Origin: a virus
Taxonomy: Duplodnaviria > Caudoviricetes
Direction: 5' to 3' (one strand)
IMG/VR virus record: IMGVR_UViG_2882613001_000002
Coordinates: 1-64,000 of that record
DNA: 64,000 nucleotides
The first letter of the stretch is position 1. Every line of letters starts with the position of its first letter. Made by a program: the position numbers and the translations under genes. The notes under the pieces are model-generated. The model did not search any database, was not told the DNA's origin, and saw only the letters and a program-made list of their open reading frames with translations. This document shows positions 1 to 8,809 of the stretch, one piece after another.

Positions 1-1077
1 TCATCCGACCTTCGCACCCCAGAACGACGTGTGTTCCGCCGCGAAGTAGCCGTCCGCGGCGCGGAAGTATCCTTGCAGCTCGACGGTGTCGCCCTCATTG
101 AGCGTCACGATGGTCTGCAGCCAAAGCGCTGTCGCTTCCGAAACGTGTGCTCCGGAAATCTCCCCCATCGAGCCCCGGATCTCGGTCGTGCCATTCAGCA
201 CGAGCCGACCGCGCATGCGGGCCGAGGTGCTGGCATTAACCTTGTAGAGAAGCGTCGCGCCGAAGAGGTAGGTGCCGTCGACCGGCGCTACGAAGTAGCT
301 GTTCGCGGAGTTGAACGCACCCTGATCGTTGTAGTCCGTGTTGTTCAGACCGATTTTCGTCCAGGTCCCGACGCCGACATAGTTGTCGTAGTTGGTGTAA
401 GCCTTGAAGCGCGGCAGCCGGGGCTGATCGACGATCCCAGTGGCGTTGTCGACGCTGAGCCCGTCGAAGAACGTGCTGCCGTCGGCCGAGACCGCGAGAC
501 GGAACTTGTCGGATCCAAAGAGCCCCACCAGCGCACGGGTAGAAAAGCCGGTCTGCAGTGTCAGCCCGAGGTCGTCGCCCGCAGCCTCCTTGTTCATGGT
601 GTAGAAGAGATCGCCGGTGCCGCCCTCGACCACGGTCTTCGCCGTCCAGAGAGCCGCGTTCAGCTTGGCCGAAAACGGGTTCGAGGCATCCGCCATCGTG
701 CCGACCCCGAGCAGCGAAAGGTTCTGCAGCGCCGCCGGTGTGGTCCCGATCCAGCCTGCACCGTCGTAGACGAGCAGCAGCCCCTCGTCCTCGACCCATG
801 CGCGCCAGCCGGTGCGTGGCGGCAGGCGCAGCCAGGCCCCATCGGTCCAGAGCGCGACATTCAGGTCCCAACCCGCCCAGTCGCCCGTTGCGCCCGGCGC
901 GACGAGGTAGCGGTCGCCGTCGATGGGACTGCCGGGCGGCGCTGTCAGATCGCGGTCGAGCACGGAAAGCTGGACGAGCCCGTCGAGTATCCGCAGCGCC
1001 TCGTTGTGGCTGACGTGCTTCTGGGCCTGCGCCGCCAGGATGTAAGGCAGCAAGAGATGGGTGGTGGCGTCAGACAT
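1..1077 (-). CDS. DUF2793-domain tail fibre/receptor-binding protein with C-terminal C1q-like beta domain
   Basis: N-terminus LLLPYILAAQAQKHVSHNEALRILDGLVQ is typical of DUF2793; C-terminal FNSANSYFVAPVDGTYLFGA resembles C1q; follows the baseplate gene. Confidence 0.8.
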   Translation of the reverse strand: MSDATTHLLLPYILAAQAQKHVSHNEALRILDGLVQLSVLDRDLTAPPGSPIDGDRYLVAPGATGDWAGWDLNVALWTDGAWLRLPPRTGWRAWVEDEGLLLVYDGAGWIGTTPAALQNLSLLGVGTMADASNPFSAKLNAALWTAKTVVEGGTGDLFYTMNKEAAGDDLGLTLQTGFSTRALVGLFGSDKFRLAVSADGSTFFDGLSVDNATGIVDQPRLPRFKAYTNYDNYVGVGTWTKIGLNNTDYNDQGAFNSANSYFVAPVDGTYLFGATLLYKVNASTSARMRGRLVLNGTTEIRGSMGEISGAHVSEATALWLQTIVTLNEGDTVELQGYFRAADGYFAAEHTSFWGAKVG

Positions 1078-1086
1078 GGGTTAGCC

Positions 1087-4000
1087 TCAGAAGATCAGCG
1101 TGACGGTTTTGGGTGAGCCCCGCCCGACGAGAGCGGAGAGCTGGAAGATGCGGATGTCGAGCGTGTCGCCGGGGCCGAGCGGCGCGCCCCCATCGGCGGT
1201 TTGGTCTGCGGCGGTGTAAACCGTGCTGGTGGTGGCGGTGCTCAGCACCCGCTTCACGGTGGCGCCGTCGAGAATCTCGACCTCGTAGGCTTCGAACTCC
1301 TCGGCCAGCGGCACCTCGAGCCCGCCCCAGCTGTCGGCCGAGATAGCCCGGGACCGGCGTGTCCAGCGGATCGTCAGATCGCCGGGACTGCGCGCCTTGC
1401 GCCACGGCTGCTCGACGTGGGTGACCGAGAACGGCCGAAGCCCGACGCCTGCGGGCGGGAAGGCTTCCGCCACATAGGTCTCGTCGCTGACCGGGCGGCT
1501 CGCCGGGCCGATGCGCCAGTTCCACGGGATGCCGAGATCGGCTTCGGCGATCGGCAGCGAAGCGAGCGCAGTGTCCAGCACGACAACCCGCGCGCTTGCC
1601 GGAGCCGGATTGGCCATCGCGGCCTCGGTGCCACGCTGTCCTCGCAGCAGGCGCGTCAGGCGATACCGGCCCGGAGCGATCAGCTCGGCCGCGCCCGCCT
1701 GCACGATTTCCCAGACGCCCGATGCACTCTCTATCGCCAACGCGTTCGCCCCGCCGAACAGCGCCAGGTCGGTGACACTCTCCAGCGTGCCGGTCAGCAA
1801 GTCGACCACCAGCGCATTGCCGAGATCGAAGCGCGAGGTCGGACCCGCGTAGAAATCCGAAACAAGTGTCCCGATCCGGGCCCGTCCGCCAAATGACGTC
1901 AGCAGCTCGAAGCCATCGGTAGAGGGACTGCGGAACACCGCCATTTCGCCCGGCCAGGGAACGGCGTGCGCCGCGGCGAAAGGCCGATGCGCGGGTTGAT
2001 CCTCTGTCAGTTGCGGCAGGTCCAGCAGCGCCAGCTCGGGTGCGCCGAACACAACGGTTTTCGAGAGCGAGGACGGGCGTGGCGATCCGGGCGGAAGGTC
2101 GTGGGCCTCACGATCCTGGCGAACGGCCTCGATCCCACGTGCCTCGGCATCCGCGATGGAGACCAGCCGCAGCGGGATGTTCCGACCGTCATGGTCCAAT
2201 GTGACGACATCGGCCGGATCCAATGCTAGCCGCGAGGGTGGCAAACGAAACGCGACCGTCTCCCTCCCGGTCCAGGCTTCCATCAGCGCGCGACGGCACC
2301 GACGCTCGGCCTCCTCTGGCGGGACCGCCATCGGAAAGCTCTCCGAGGCGATCCGCGTCGTATCGACCGTGATGCGGCGCGCCTCGACAAGGGCGGCGTC
2401 ATAGTCCTCATCGGCACGCGCCACCTGCCATTTGAGGGCCTGCGGCAATTCAGTTTCCTGCCCACGGGTCATTTCCAGCACGTCGCCCTCGCGCGCGGCG
2501 ACCAGATCGTCATGCGTAACGCTGGCCACTGCCGCCTGACCGCGCATGACAAAACGGATCACGCCCTCGGTCTCGACCGCGTCGAAGCCGAAATGCCGCG
2601 ACAGCGTGGTGATGGACGCGCGCGGGCTCTCCAGCGCGCCAATGGCATAGCCCTCGACCGCGCCCCAGAGGCCGTAGACGTCGATCCTCGACTCGGGCAT
2701 CCCAGCCCGCAGGCAGAGGTGCCGGACCAGCGCCGCAAGCGACACCGCCCCGAGCCGTCCGGTCAGCCAGTGTCCGAGCCGCCAGTTCGCCCCGTCCGTC
2801 CAGACATCGGTGAGCGCTGGGAAGAATGGGTAAGGCCGCGCGTCCCAGGTCCAGACGGCGCATTCGGGCACATGCACCATCCGGCCGCTGTACACGGAGG
2901 ATACCGGGTTGTTGGCGGCCTCGCCCCACCAGAGATATGTCGCCTCGAGATAGGCGCGCTGGATCGCATCGTCCCGCCAGCCGCGCGAGAAGTACGGCAC
3001 GAAGCTCTCCGACGACTTCGGATCGTAGAAGACGTTGGGCTGGTTGGTGCCGCGGTCGATGGCCGGGCATCCGAGCTCGGTGAACCAGATCGGCTTCGAC
3101 TGCGGCACCCATGCCGTCGGCGTGCCGCTCTCCACCCCACCCGGGCGGTTGTAGTGCGGGTTCGCCCACCAGGCGCGTAGATCCTTGTAGCGGAACACCC
3201 ACGGCTTGCTGGCGGCGCCATCGGTGATCGGGGTACGGACCTGCGCGGAGCGGTCGGCTGCACTTGCATAGAACCAGTCGAAACCTTCCCCGCCCGCAAT
3301 GTTCGCCTGCAGATAGGCCCGGTCGTAGATCGCGGGCCAGCCCTCGGCCGCGTCGAGATGCTCGAACCCGTCGCGCCAGTCCGACAGCGGCATGTAGTTG
3401 TCGATCCCTATGAAACCGATCTCCGGATCGGCCCAGAGCGGATCGAGGTGGAAAAACACGTCGCCCGAGCCGTCGCCGGGCTGGTGCCCGAAATATTCCG
3501 ACCAATCGGCGGCATAGCCTAGGCTCACACCCGACCCTAGGATTGTGCGCACATCGGCGACAAGATCCCGGTACGCATCCACGGCTGGATAGGCGGATGC
3601 GCCCGAGCGGACCGTCGTCAGCCCCGGCATCTCGGTGCCGATCAGGAACGCATCGACCCCGCCCGCCGCCGCGCAGAGATGGGCGTAGTGAAGCACCATG
3701 CGGCGGAGGCCCCAGTCACCGGATGGTCCGGTCCAACTGACGCTGTCGCCCGAGACATTGAAGCTGGCGGGCGTGGCCCCGCCGAACAGCGCCGCAACCT
3801 GGCTTGCGGCTGTCGGGGTCTTGTCCACGGTCCCGGCGAAACCCGCCGCCGGAGAACAGGTGATCCGCCCCCGCCAGGGGAACGCGGGCTGACCGGTCTC
3901 TGCGGCGTTGTCGGAATACGGGTTCGGCAGCGTGTTGCCGGGCGGCACGTCCATCAGGATGAACGGGTAGAAGGTGACGCGCAGCCCGCGCGCCTTCATC

Positions 4001-5052
4001 TCCTGGATCGCCTGCACCACCGCGAAGTCGGCAGGCGTGCCGCCGTAGACGGGTCGATCCTGATCGTCGCGGCTGACGAGGAAGGCGCTTGCGCGGTTCA
4101 CGCCATTGACCGACCAGCCGATCGGCGTCGTGGATTTCGCCGTGACCTCGACGCCGGGGCGCAGCTTGCAGGAGCTCGCGCGCAGGTCGTCCCCAAACCA
4201 CGCCACGACCAGGCTGACGCTTTCGACGGCCGGGGCCATGGCCTGCAGGCGGTCAAGCGCGACCAAAATGTCGGTGATGTCGGGCAACGCGTTCAGGTTT
4301 TCGGAAACCGTCGCGCCGCCAGAGGATTTGCGGATCGCCTGCGTGGCATAGGTGAACTCGCCCGAGGCCGGGATCAGGGTGACGGCGCGGGTCAGCCCCT
4401 CGGCGGTGTCGGGGTCGGCGAGCGGCCGGAACACCTCGAAGGAGAGCTGCGGCAGGCGGTTGCCGTAGCTCGACAACGGCAGTTCCTCGAAAACGACATA
4501 GGCGGTGCCGCGATAGGCGGGCGTGTTCGCCCCGCCCATCTTGGCCGAAATGAACGGATCGGCCGCCTGCGCGTCGTCGCCCGGATACCAGCGCCAGGTG
4601 ACGCTGGAGAGGTCCATCGGCTTGCCATCGGCCCAGATGCGGCCGATGCCGGTGATCGGGCCCTCGCAGAGCGCGACGGCGAAGCTGGCGTAGTACAGAT
4701 ACTCGGTCGTCTTGACCTTGCCGCCCCCGCCGCCCTTGCCACCGCCCTGCGTGGTGGTCTTGGTCTCCTCGCGGAAATCCGTCGCCCAGATGATGTTGCC
4801 GCCGATCCGCATGCGGCCATAGAGGCGCGGGATGACCGCACCTTCCGTGGCCGAGGTGATGCGCAGATTGTCTATCCGCGCGCCTTCGATCCGCTGAGTC
4901 GGCGCAAGTGACGAGATGATCCAGCTGTCGACGACCGAGCCAATGGTGGAGCCGATGAAGCCACCGATGGTGGCAGCGCTGACACCAAGGATTGCGCCGC
5001 CAATGCTGCCGCCAATGGCAGCGCCAGCGGCACCAAGAACAAGGGTGGCCAT
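1087..5052 (-). CDS. GTA-like baseplate multidomain protein (megatron, RcGTA g15-like) with TIM-barrel and tail domains
   Basis: 1321 aa; IPRLYGRMRIGGNIIWAT, YRGTAYVVFEELPL, GYAADWSEY, WTWDARPYP motifs; follows NlpC/P60 gene. Confidence 0.9.
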   Translation of the reverse strand: MATLVLGAAGAAIGGSIGGAILGVSAATIGGFIGSTIGSVVDSWIISSLAPTQRIEGARIDNLRITSATEGAVIPRLYGRMRIGGNIIWATDFREETKTTTQGGGKGGGGGKVKTTEYLYYASFAVALCEGPITGIGRIWADGKPMDLSSVTWRWYPGDDAQAADPFISAKMGGANTPAYRGTAYVVFEELPLSSYGNRLPQLSFEVFRPLADPDTAEGLTRAVTLIPASGEFTYATQAIRKSSGGATVSENLNALPDITDILVALDRLQAMAPAVESVSLVVAWFGDDLRASSCKLRPGVEVTAKSTTPIGWSVNGVNRASAFLVSRDDQDRPVYGGTPADFAVVQAIQEMKARGLRVTFYPFILMDVPPGNTLPNPYSDNAAETGQPAFPWRGRITCSPAAGFAGTVDKTPTAASQVAALFGGATPASFNVSGDSVSWTGPSGDWGLRRMVLHYAHLCAAAGGVDAFLIGTEMPGLTTVRSGASAYPAVDAYRDLVADVRTILGSGVSLGYAADWSEYFGHQPGDGSGDVFFHLDPLWADPEIGFIGIDNYMPLSDWRDGFEHLDAAEGWPAIYDRAYLQANIAGGEGFDWFYASAADRSAQVRTPITDGAASKPWVFRYKDLRAWWANPHYNRPGGVESGTPTAWVPQSKPIWFTELGCPAIDRGTNQPNVFYDPKSSESFVPYFSRGWRDDAIQRAYLEATYLWWGEAANNPVSSVYSGRMVHVPECAVWTWDARPYPFFPALTDVWTDGANWRLGHWLTGRLGAVSLAALVRHLCLRAGMPESRIDVYGLWGAVEGYAIGALESPRASITTLSRHFGFDAVETEGVIRFVMRGQAAVASVTHDDLVAAREGDVLEMTRGQETELPQALKWQVARADEDYDAALVEARRITVDTTRIASESFPMAVPPEEAERRCRRALMEAWTGRETVAFRLPPSRLALDPADVVTLDHDGRNIPLRLVSIADAEARGIEAVRQDREAHDLPPGSPRPSSLSKTVVFGAPELALLDLPQLTEDQPAHRPFAAAHAVPWPGEMAVFRSPSTDGFELLTSFGGRARIGTLVSDFYAGPTSRFDLGNALVVDLLTGTLESVTDLALFGGANALAIESASGVWEIVQAGAAELIAPGRYRLTRLLRGQRGTEAAMANPAPASARVVVLDTALASLPIAEADLGIPWNWRIGPASRPVSDETYVAEAFPPAGVGLRPFSVTHVEQPWRKARSPGDLTIRWTRRSRAISADSWGGLEVPLAEEFEAYEVEILDGATVKRVLSTATTSTVYTAADQTADGGAPLGPGDTLDIRIFQLSALVGRGSPKTVTLIF

Positions 5053-5061
5053 GATCGGGTC

Positions 5062-5496
5062 TCAGCGTTGCGGGAACAGGAAAGCGAAGGCGATGCGCCG
5101 CCGCCAGGCGTTGGTGAGCGGTTCCTCGATCACGCCGAGCCGCTCATAGGCGTGGAGGAAGGAATCGGGGCCGGTCAGGATCCCGACATGCTTGGCGATG
5201 GCGCGGGGCGTCATCCGGAACAGGACCAGCGCGCCGGGACCGGCCTTTACTAGTGGTACCTCGATCATCATGCGTCGTGCGCCCTCGGCCAGCACCTCGC
5301 GCGGGCCAGTCTCGCCCCAGTGCCGGCTGTAGGGTGGGATCGGGAACGGTTCGGGCCCGACGACCTCGCGCCAGACGCCCCGCGCGAGCCCGAGGCAGTC
5401 GCAGCCCACGCCCTTGAGGCTGGCCTGGTCGTGGTAGGGCGTGCCGAGCCACGCGCACGCCGCGGCGATGACCCTATCTGGGTCGGCCGGCGTCAC
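5062..5496 (-). CDS. NlpC/P60 family tail peptidase (RcGTA g14-like)
   Basis: WLGTPYHDQASLKGVGCDCLGL catalytic Cys, KHVGI His. Confidence 0.9.
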   Translation of the reverse strand: MTPADPDRVIAAACAWLGTPYHDQASLKGVGCDCLGLARGVWREVVGPEPFPIPPYSRHWGETGPREVLAEGARRMMIEVPLVKAGPGALVLFRMTPRAIAKHVGILTGPDSFLHAYERLGVIEEPLTNAWRRRIAFAFLFPQR

Positions 5497-6377
5497 AACA
5501 CGCCTCCGTCGTGGCCACCGTCCTTGGTCGCGTAGCGCAGGATCGTGTCCTGACCGGGGATGTGCGGAAAGCCGCGGAAATTGACGGTGTTGGCGAACTT
5601 CGCGCCGCAGGTCTCGATCCGCTTGTCGCAGCCCGCGCGGATGGTGAACGCGTCGCCCTCGGCGATCGCGCGCACCGGCGCCTCGAGCAGCGTGAGCAAG
5701 GCGATGCCGTCGGCAACGTCATGGCCGAGCACCTCGGTGCGCCGACCCGCGTTCGCGCCACTCGTCCAGTCCATCGTGCCGAAGGTGAACCAGCCGGCTT
5801 CGAAGCCGCTGAGCCCCGAGACGGTGAAGGCCCGATCCCACAGCTGGTCTATCACGGCGCCCGCGCCCTTGTAGGCCGGATCCTCGAGATCGACACCGCA
5901 GCGCGCATCGCCAAGTGCGGCATCGCAGGTCGCCTGGAAGGTCCACCCGACCGTCTGGCCGAGCACATGGGCGAGCGACCGGACCTCCGCGACGAAGGCG
6001 AGCCGCCCGCGCCGGATCTGGCCGATGGCGCCTCGACGCATCAGCACCCGCTGGTTCGTGTCGGCCCAGTTCACGCGCCAGACCTCGACCTCGGCGTTAT
6101 CCCAGCGGCCGTCGAGAATGTCGGTCTCGGTGATCCGCTCCGAGGTCAGCACGCCCTCGGCGTCCTGCGCATCGACGGACAGGTCCGAGCCCGAGCGCAC
6201 CTCGGACGCGGTCAGCCCGCTTTCCGGCTCGAACTCCGTGCCGTCGAAGCTGAGCGTCCGGTCGTGATCGGTGAAGCCGAAAGTGACGTCGTCGGCGCGG
6301 CTGATCCGCCAGCACCACGCGAGCGTGGTCGTGCCCTCGTCGAGATGGGCCTGCAGCGCGGGCGAGAGGGATTTCAT
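5493..6377 (-). CDS. DUF2163 baseplate hub protein (RcGTA g13-like)
   Basis: TTLAWCWRISRADD..FGFTDHDRTL, CDAALGDARC, GCDKRIETC..KFANTVNFRGFPHIPG; start moved to ATG at 6377. Confidence 0.9.
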   Translation of the reverse strand: MKSLSPALQAHLDEGTTTLAWCWRISRADDVTFGFTDHDRTLSFDGTEFEPESGLTASEVRSGSDLSVDAQDAEGVLTSERITETDILDGRWDNAEVEVWRVNWADTNQRVLMRRGAIGQIRRGRLAFVAEVRSLAHVLGQTVGWTFQATCDAALGDARCGVDLEDPAYKGAGAVIDQLWDRAFTVSGLSGFEAGWFTFGTMDWTSGANAGRRTEVLGHDVADGIALLTLLEAPVRAIAEGDAFTIRAGCDKRIETCGAKFANTVNFRGFPHIPGQDTILRYATKDGGHDGGVL

Positions 6378-6616
6378 CGGCAGGTTCCTGTCATGCGGTC
6401 GTCGAGATCGGCGATCCAGGTCGCCCATTCAGGGGGCACGTCGGCGACGGTAGAGGCTGGCGGCCGGGCCAGCCGCGCCTCGGCATAGGAGGCGCAGCCC
6501 GCATCACCAGCGCCCATCGTTGCGGCGCAGCCGGTCAGCAGGATCGCCAGCACCGCGACCGTCACGAACCGCAGCTTGCCCGCGCTCGACGCGCTCGCCT
6601 TTGTCTTCCATCGCAT
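6374..6616 (-). CDS. Putative o-spanin lipoprotein (Rz1-like)
   Basis: Hydrophobic signal with lipobox LLTGC; overlaps 3' half of the upstream membrane gene in another frame; start approximate. Confidence 0.65.
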   Translation of the reverse strand: MRWKTKASASSAGKLRFVTVAVLAILLTGCAATMGAGDAGCASYAEARLARPPASTVADVPPEWATWIADLDDRMTGTCR

Positions 6617-6734
6617 CGCGTTCCGCCTCCCGTTTGCCCACGCGCTCCCCTTCCGCGCGCCCCCAGACCCGGCCGAGGACGACACCTCCGACCGCGCACA
6701 GAGCCGCGACTAGCCAGATGAGGAGATCAGCCAT
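6504..6734 (-). CDS. Putative i-spanin (Rz-like)
   Basis: MADLLIWLVAALCAVGGVVLG N-terminal TM followed by charged helical segment; downstream of lysozyme. Confidence 0.6.
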   Translation of the reverse strand: MADLLIWLVAALCAVGGVVLGRVWGRAEGERVGKREAERDAMEDKGERVERGQAAVRDGRGAGDPADRLRRNDGRW

Positions 6735-6828
6735 CGTCCCGCTCCCCGCGCGCGGCGGCCACGCAGAGGGCGACGACGAAGACGCCGACGCAGCCGCCCG
6801 CGACCAAGCCTGCGAAGAATTCAAGCAT
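6727..6828 (-). CDS. 33-aa single-TM protein MLEFFAGLVAGGCVGVFVVALCVAAARGERDDG (below ORF-track cutoff)
   Basis: Read by hand; fills the gap between 6821-7051 and the spanin, overlapping both neighbours. Confidence 0.55.
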   Translation of the reverse strand: MLEFFAGLVAGGCVGVFVVALCVAAARGERDDG

Positions 6829-7051
6829 CGCCGCGGAACCCGCGCTCGATCCGGTCGCGCAGGCCGATCAGGCCAAGACCGAGGAACATCAGCCCCGCTG
6901 GCGAGGCGTCGCCCGAGCCGGCAAGCAGCGCGACGAGACGTGCCAGTTCGGCGAGCGGCCCGGTGGCGGGCAGCGCGAGAGACGCGATGCCGGTGAGCAT
7001 GGCGAGGCATCCCGCCCACCAGGTGAGCGAGTTGGGGCGAACGTAACGCAT
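6821..7051 (-). CDS. Small two-TM membrane protein in lysis cassette (holin/antiholin candidate)
   Basis: Two hydrophobic stretches; directly after lysozyme. Confidence 0.55.
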   Translation of the reverse strand: MRYVRPNSLTWWAGCLAMLTGIASLALPATGPLAELARLVALLAGSGDASPAGLMFLGLGLIGLRDRIERGFRGDA

Positions 7052-7056
7052 GGGGA

Positions 7057-7704
7057 TCAGGCCATCCGGATCAGGTTGGAGAAAAAGGCGACAAGTCGGG
7101 GGAGCCAGCCGGTCGGCGCGTTGGGCGTTGCAGGTTTTGCGGGCCTGGCTGGCCGCAGCAGGTCCAGAGCCTCATCCTCGGTCAGGCGGCGGATCGGCCG
7201 CGAGAAATCCACGCGGCCGGTGCGATCGACCGACCAGACCGGGATCTTGCCATCGGGATAGCTCCCATGCCGGAACAGGTCGCGCTCGGTCTCCCGGCGC
7301 GGGATGATCGAGGCCGGTCGCCGCCAGTTCAGAAACGCGCCGGCGGCTGCAACGCGATTTCCGGCATTGAGGTGCCGGGTAAGCGCAGCCTTGGCGATGC
7401 CACCTGTGTTGTAGTGGAAGCTGACCAGCGCATCGAACTCGTGCGGCTCAAGCGGCAGCTTCACAGAGCGCAGGACAGCGTCCTCGTAAGCAACCAGATC
7501 GGCGCGGAAGACCCGGAACGCTTCTCGGATTCCGGCGTCGAGATCGGCGGGCATGCCGCGCGGCATGGTGACCGGATCGGGCGGCCCGGCCGCGGCCGTG
7601 TGGCCGATGCCGAAGGTCCAGACCTGTTTCACATCGAGATAGGGTCCGGGCACGATACCTTCGTGCCGGACAAGGGCCAGAAAACCCCGGTCAGTCATTC
7701 GCAT
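7057..7704 (-). CDS. Endolysin, phage lysozyme (GH24)
   Basis: RHEG...YLDVKQVWTFGIGHT gives the E-x8-D-x5-T pattern; FDALVSFHYNTG. Confidence 0.9.
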   Translation of the reverse strand: MRMTDRGFLALVRHEGIVPGPYLDVKQVWTFGIGHTAAAGPPDPVTMPRGMPADLDAGIREAFRVFRADLVAYEDAVLRSVKLPLEPHEFDALVSFHYNTGGIAKAALTRHLNAGNRVAAAGAFLNWRRPASIIPRRETERDLFRHGSYPDGKIPVWSVDRTGRVDFSRPIRRLTEDEALDLLRPARPAKPATPNAPTGWLPRLVAFFSNLIRMA

Positions 7705-7708
7705 GGGA

Positions 7709-7840
7709 TTACCTCAGAAGCGAGAGGACGAGGATGAGCGCGGCGACGAAAAGGCCGACACGCGCGCGGTGGGCAAAGGCCAATCGAGCGTCCGCTGGGT
7801 CGCAGCGAAGGGCGCGCGCCAAGCGAAGAAGCTCATTCAT
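7709..7840 (-). CDS. Small membrane protein (43 aa)
   Basis: MNELLRLARAL...GLFVAALILVLSLLR; start overlaps upstream stop. Confidence 0.5.
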   Translation of the reverse strand: MNELLRLARALRCDPADARLAFAHRARVGLFVAALILVLSLLR

Positions 7841-8183
7841 CGCTGTCGCCTCCTTTTCCTGCGCGAAGGCGCGCCAGGGCGACTTCGATGAATGCTGGTC
7901 CGAAGACGCCGACAAGATAGGCGGCCGACCCTGCCGCCCCGCCTGCCGGGATGGCTTCGATTGGCAGGTTGAGCCAAGAGGTTACGAGCGCCATAGACAG
8001 GCTCCCCATCCCGGCTGCGATCAGGCCGCCGAGCAGGATGTGCCGCAGCGCCTCGCGCAATCGCATTCTCGTGGTCAGCGCGTTTGTCGCGCCTCCGAGC
8101 GCGCCCCAAATGGCGAGGATGACGGCCGTGGAGGCGCCAAGTTCTCGGAGAACAGCAGCCAGAAATCCGGTCTCTTCATTCAT
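7833..8183 (-). CDS. Putative holin (multi-TM, 116 aa)
   Basis: MNEETGFLAAVL... three hydrophobic segments, charged C-terminus; ATGA overlap with DUF2460 stop. Confidence 0.6.
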   Translation of the reverse strand: MNEETGFLAAVLRELGASTAVILAIWGALGGATNALTTRMRLREALRHILLGGLIAAGMGSLSMALVTSWLNLPIEAIPAGGAAGSAAYLVGVFGPAFIEVALARLRAGKGGDSDE

Positions 8184-8809
8184 CGCCGGATCTCCAGAAG
8201 CGGGATGGAAGTGATGGAGCCGAGCCGCTCGAGGTCGAGAGTCACGTCGAGCGCGTCGGTGTCGAAGCGGACCGGCACGTCGAAGGCGAAGCCTGCGGTG
8301 ATCGCAACCCCTGCGCCTGGCGCGTTGGCAAAGGTGATAAGACCGGTGGTTGTGTCGATGGACCAGCCGGAGGGCTGCTCCACGCCTGCCAGCGCAATGC
8401 GCACAGTTCCGGTCACTGGTTTGGCAATGGCGCGCTTCCAAGATTGCGCGCCCGAAGCGTAGTGCTTGGCCAGCTGGAAGGCGGTCGTCGCGCCGTCGCC
8501 GGTGCCGATCGCCTGGTCGGTCGGCGCTAGCGTGCCCGACGGAAGGCAGGACTTGTGGTCACCCCAATCCTTGAAGCGGAAACCATGCAGGCGGCCATTG
8601 CGCGCCTCGAAGAAGGCGACCACCGCCGCCAGATCATCGGCGCGACGGATCCCATAGGCAACGTCATAGCGACGACGTGAATTGGCCCAGCTGGCATTTC
8701 GTTCTTCGTCGCCTGAAGCGAGCTCGACGATCTGGGTTCGCCGCTCGGGCCCGCCTCGCGCGCCCCGGCTGACGTTGTCGGGAAACCTGACCTCGTGAAA
8801 CGCCATCAC
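8180..8809 (-). CDS. DUF2460 distal tail protein (RcGTA g12-like)
   Basis: FHEVRFP...GGPERRTQIVELASGDEERNASWANSRRRYDV, FDVPVRFDTD. Confidence 0.9.
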   Translation of the reverse strand: MMAFHEVRFPDNVSRGARGGPERRTQIVELASGDEERNASWANSRRRYDVAYGIRRADDLAAVVAFFEARNGRLHGFRFKDWGDHKSCLPSGTLAPTDQAIGTGDGATTAFQLAKHYASGAQSWKRAIAKPVTGTVRIALAGVEQPSGWSIDTTTGLITFANAPGAGVAITAGFAFDVPVRFDTDALDVTLDLERLGSITSIPLLEIRR

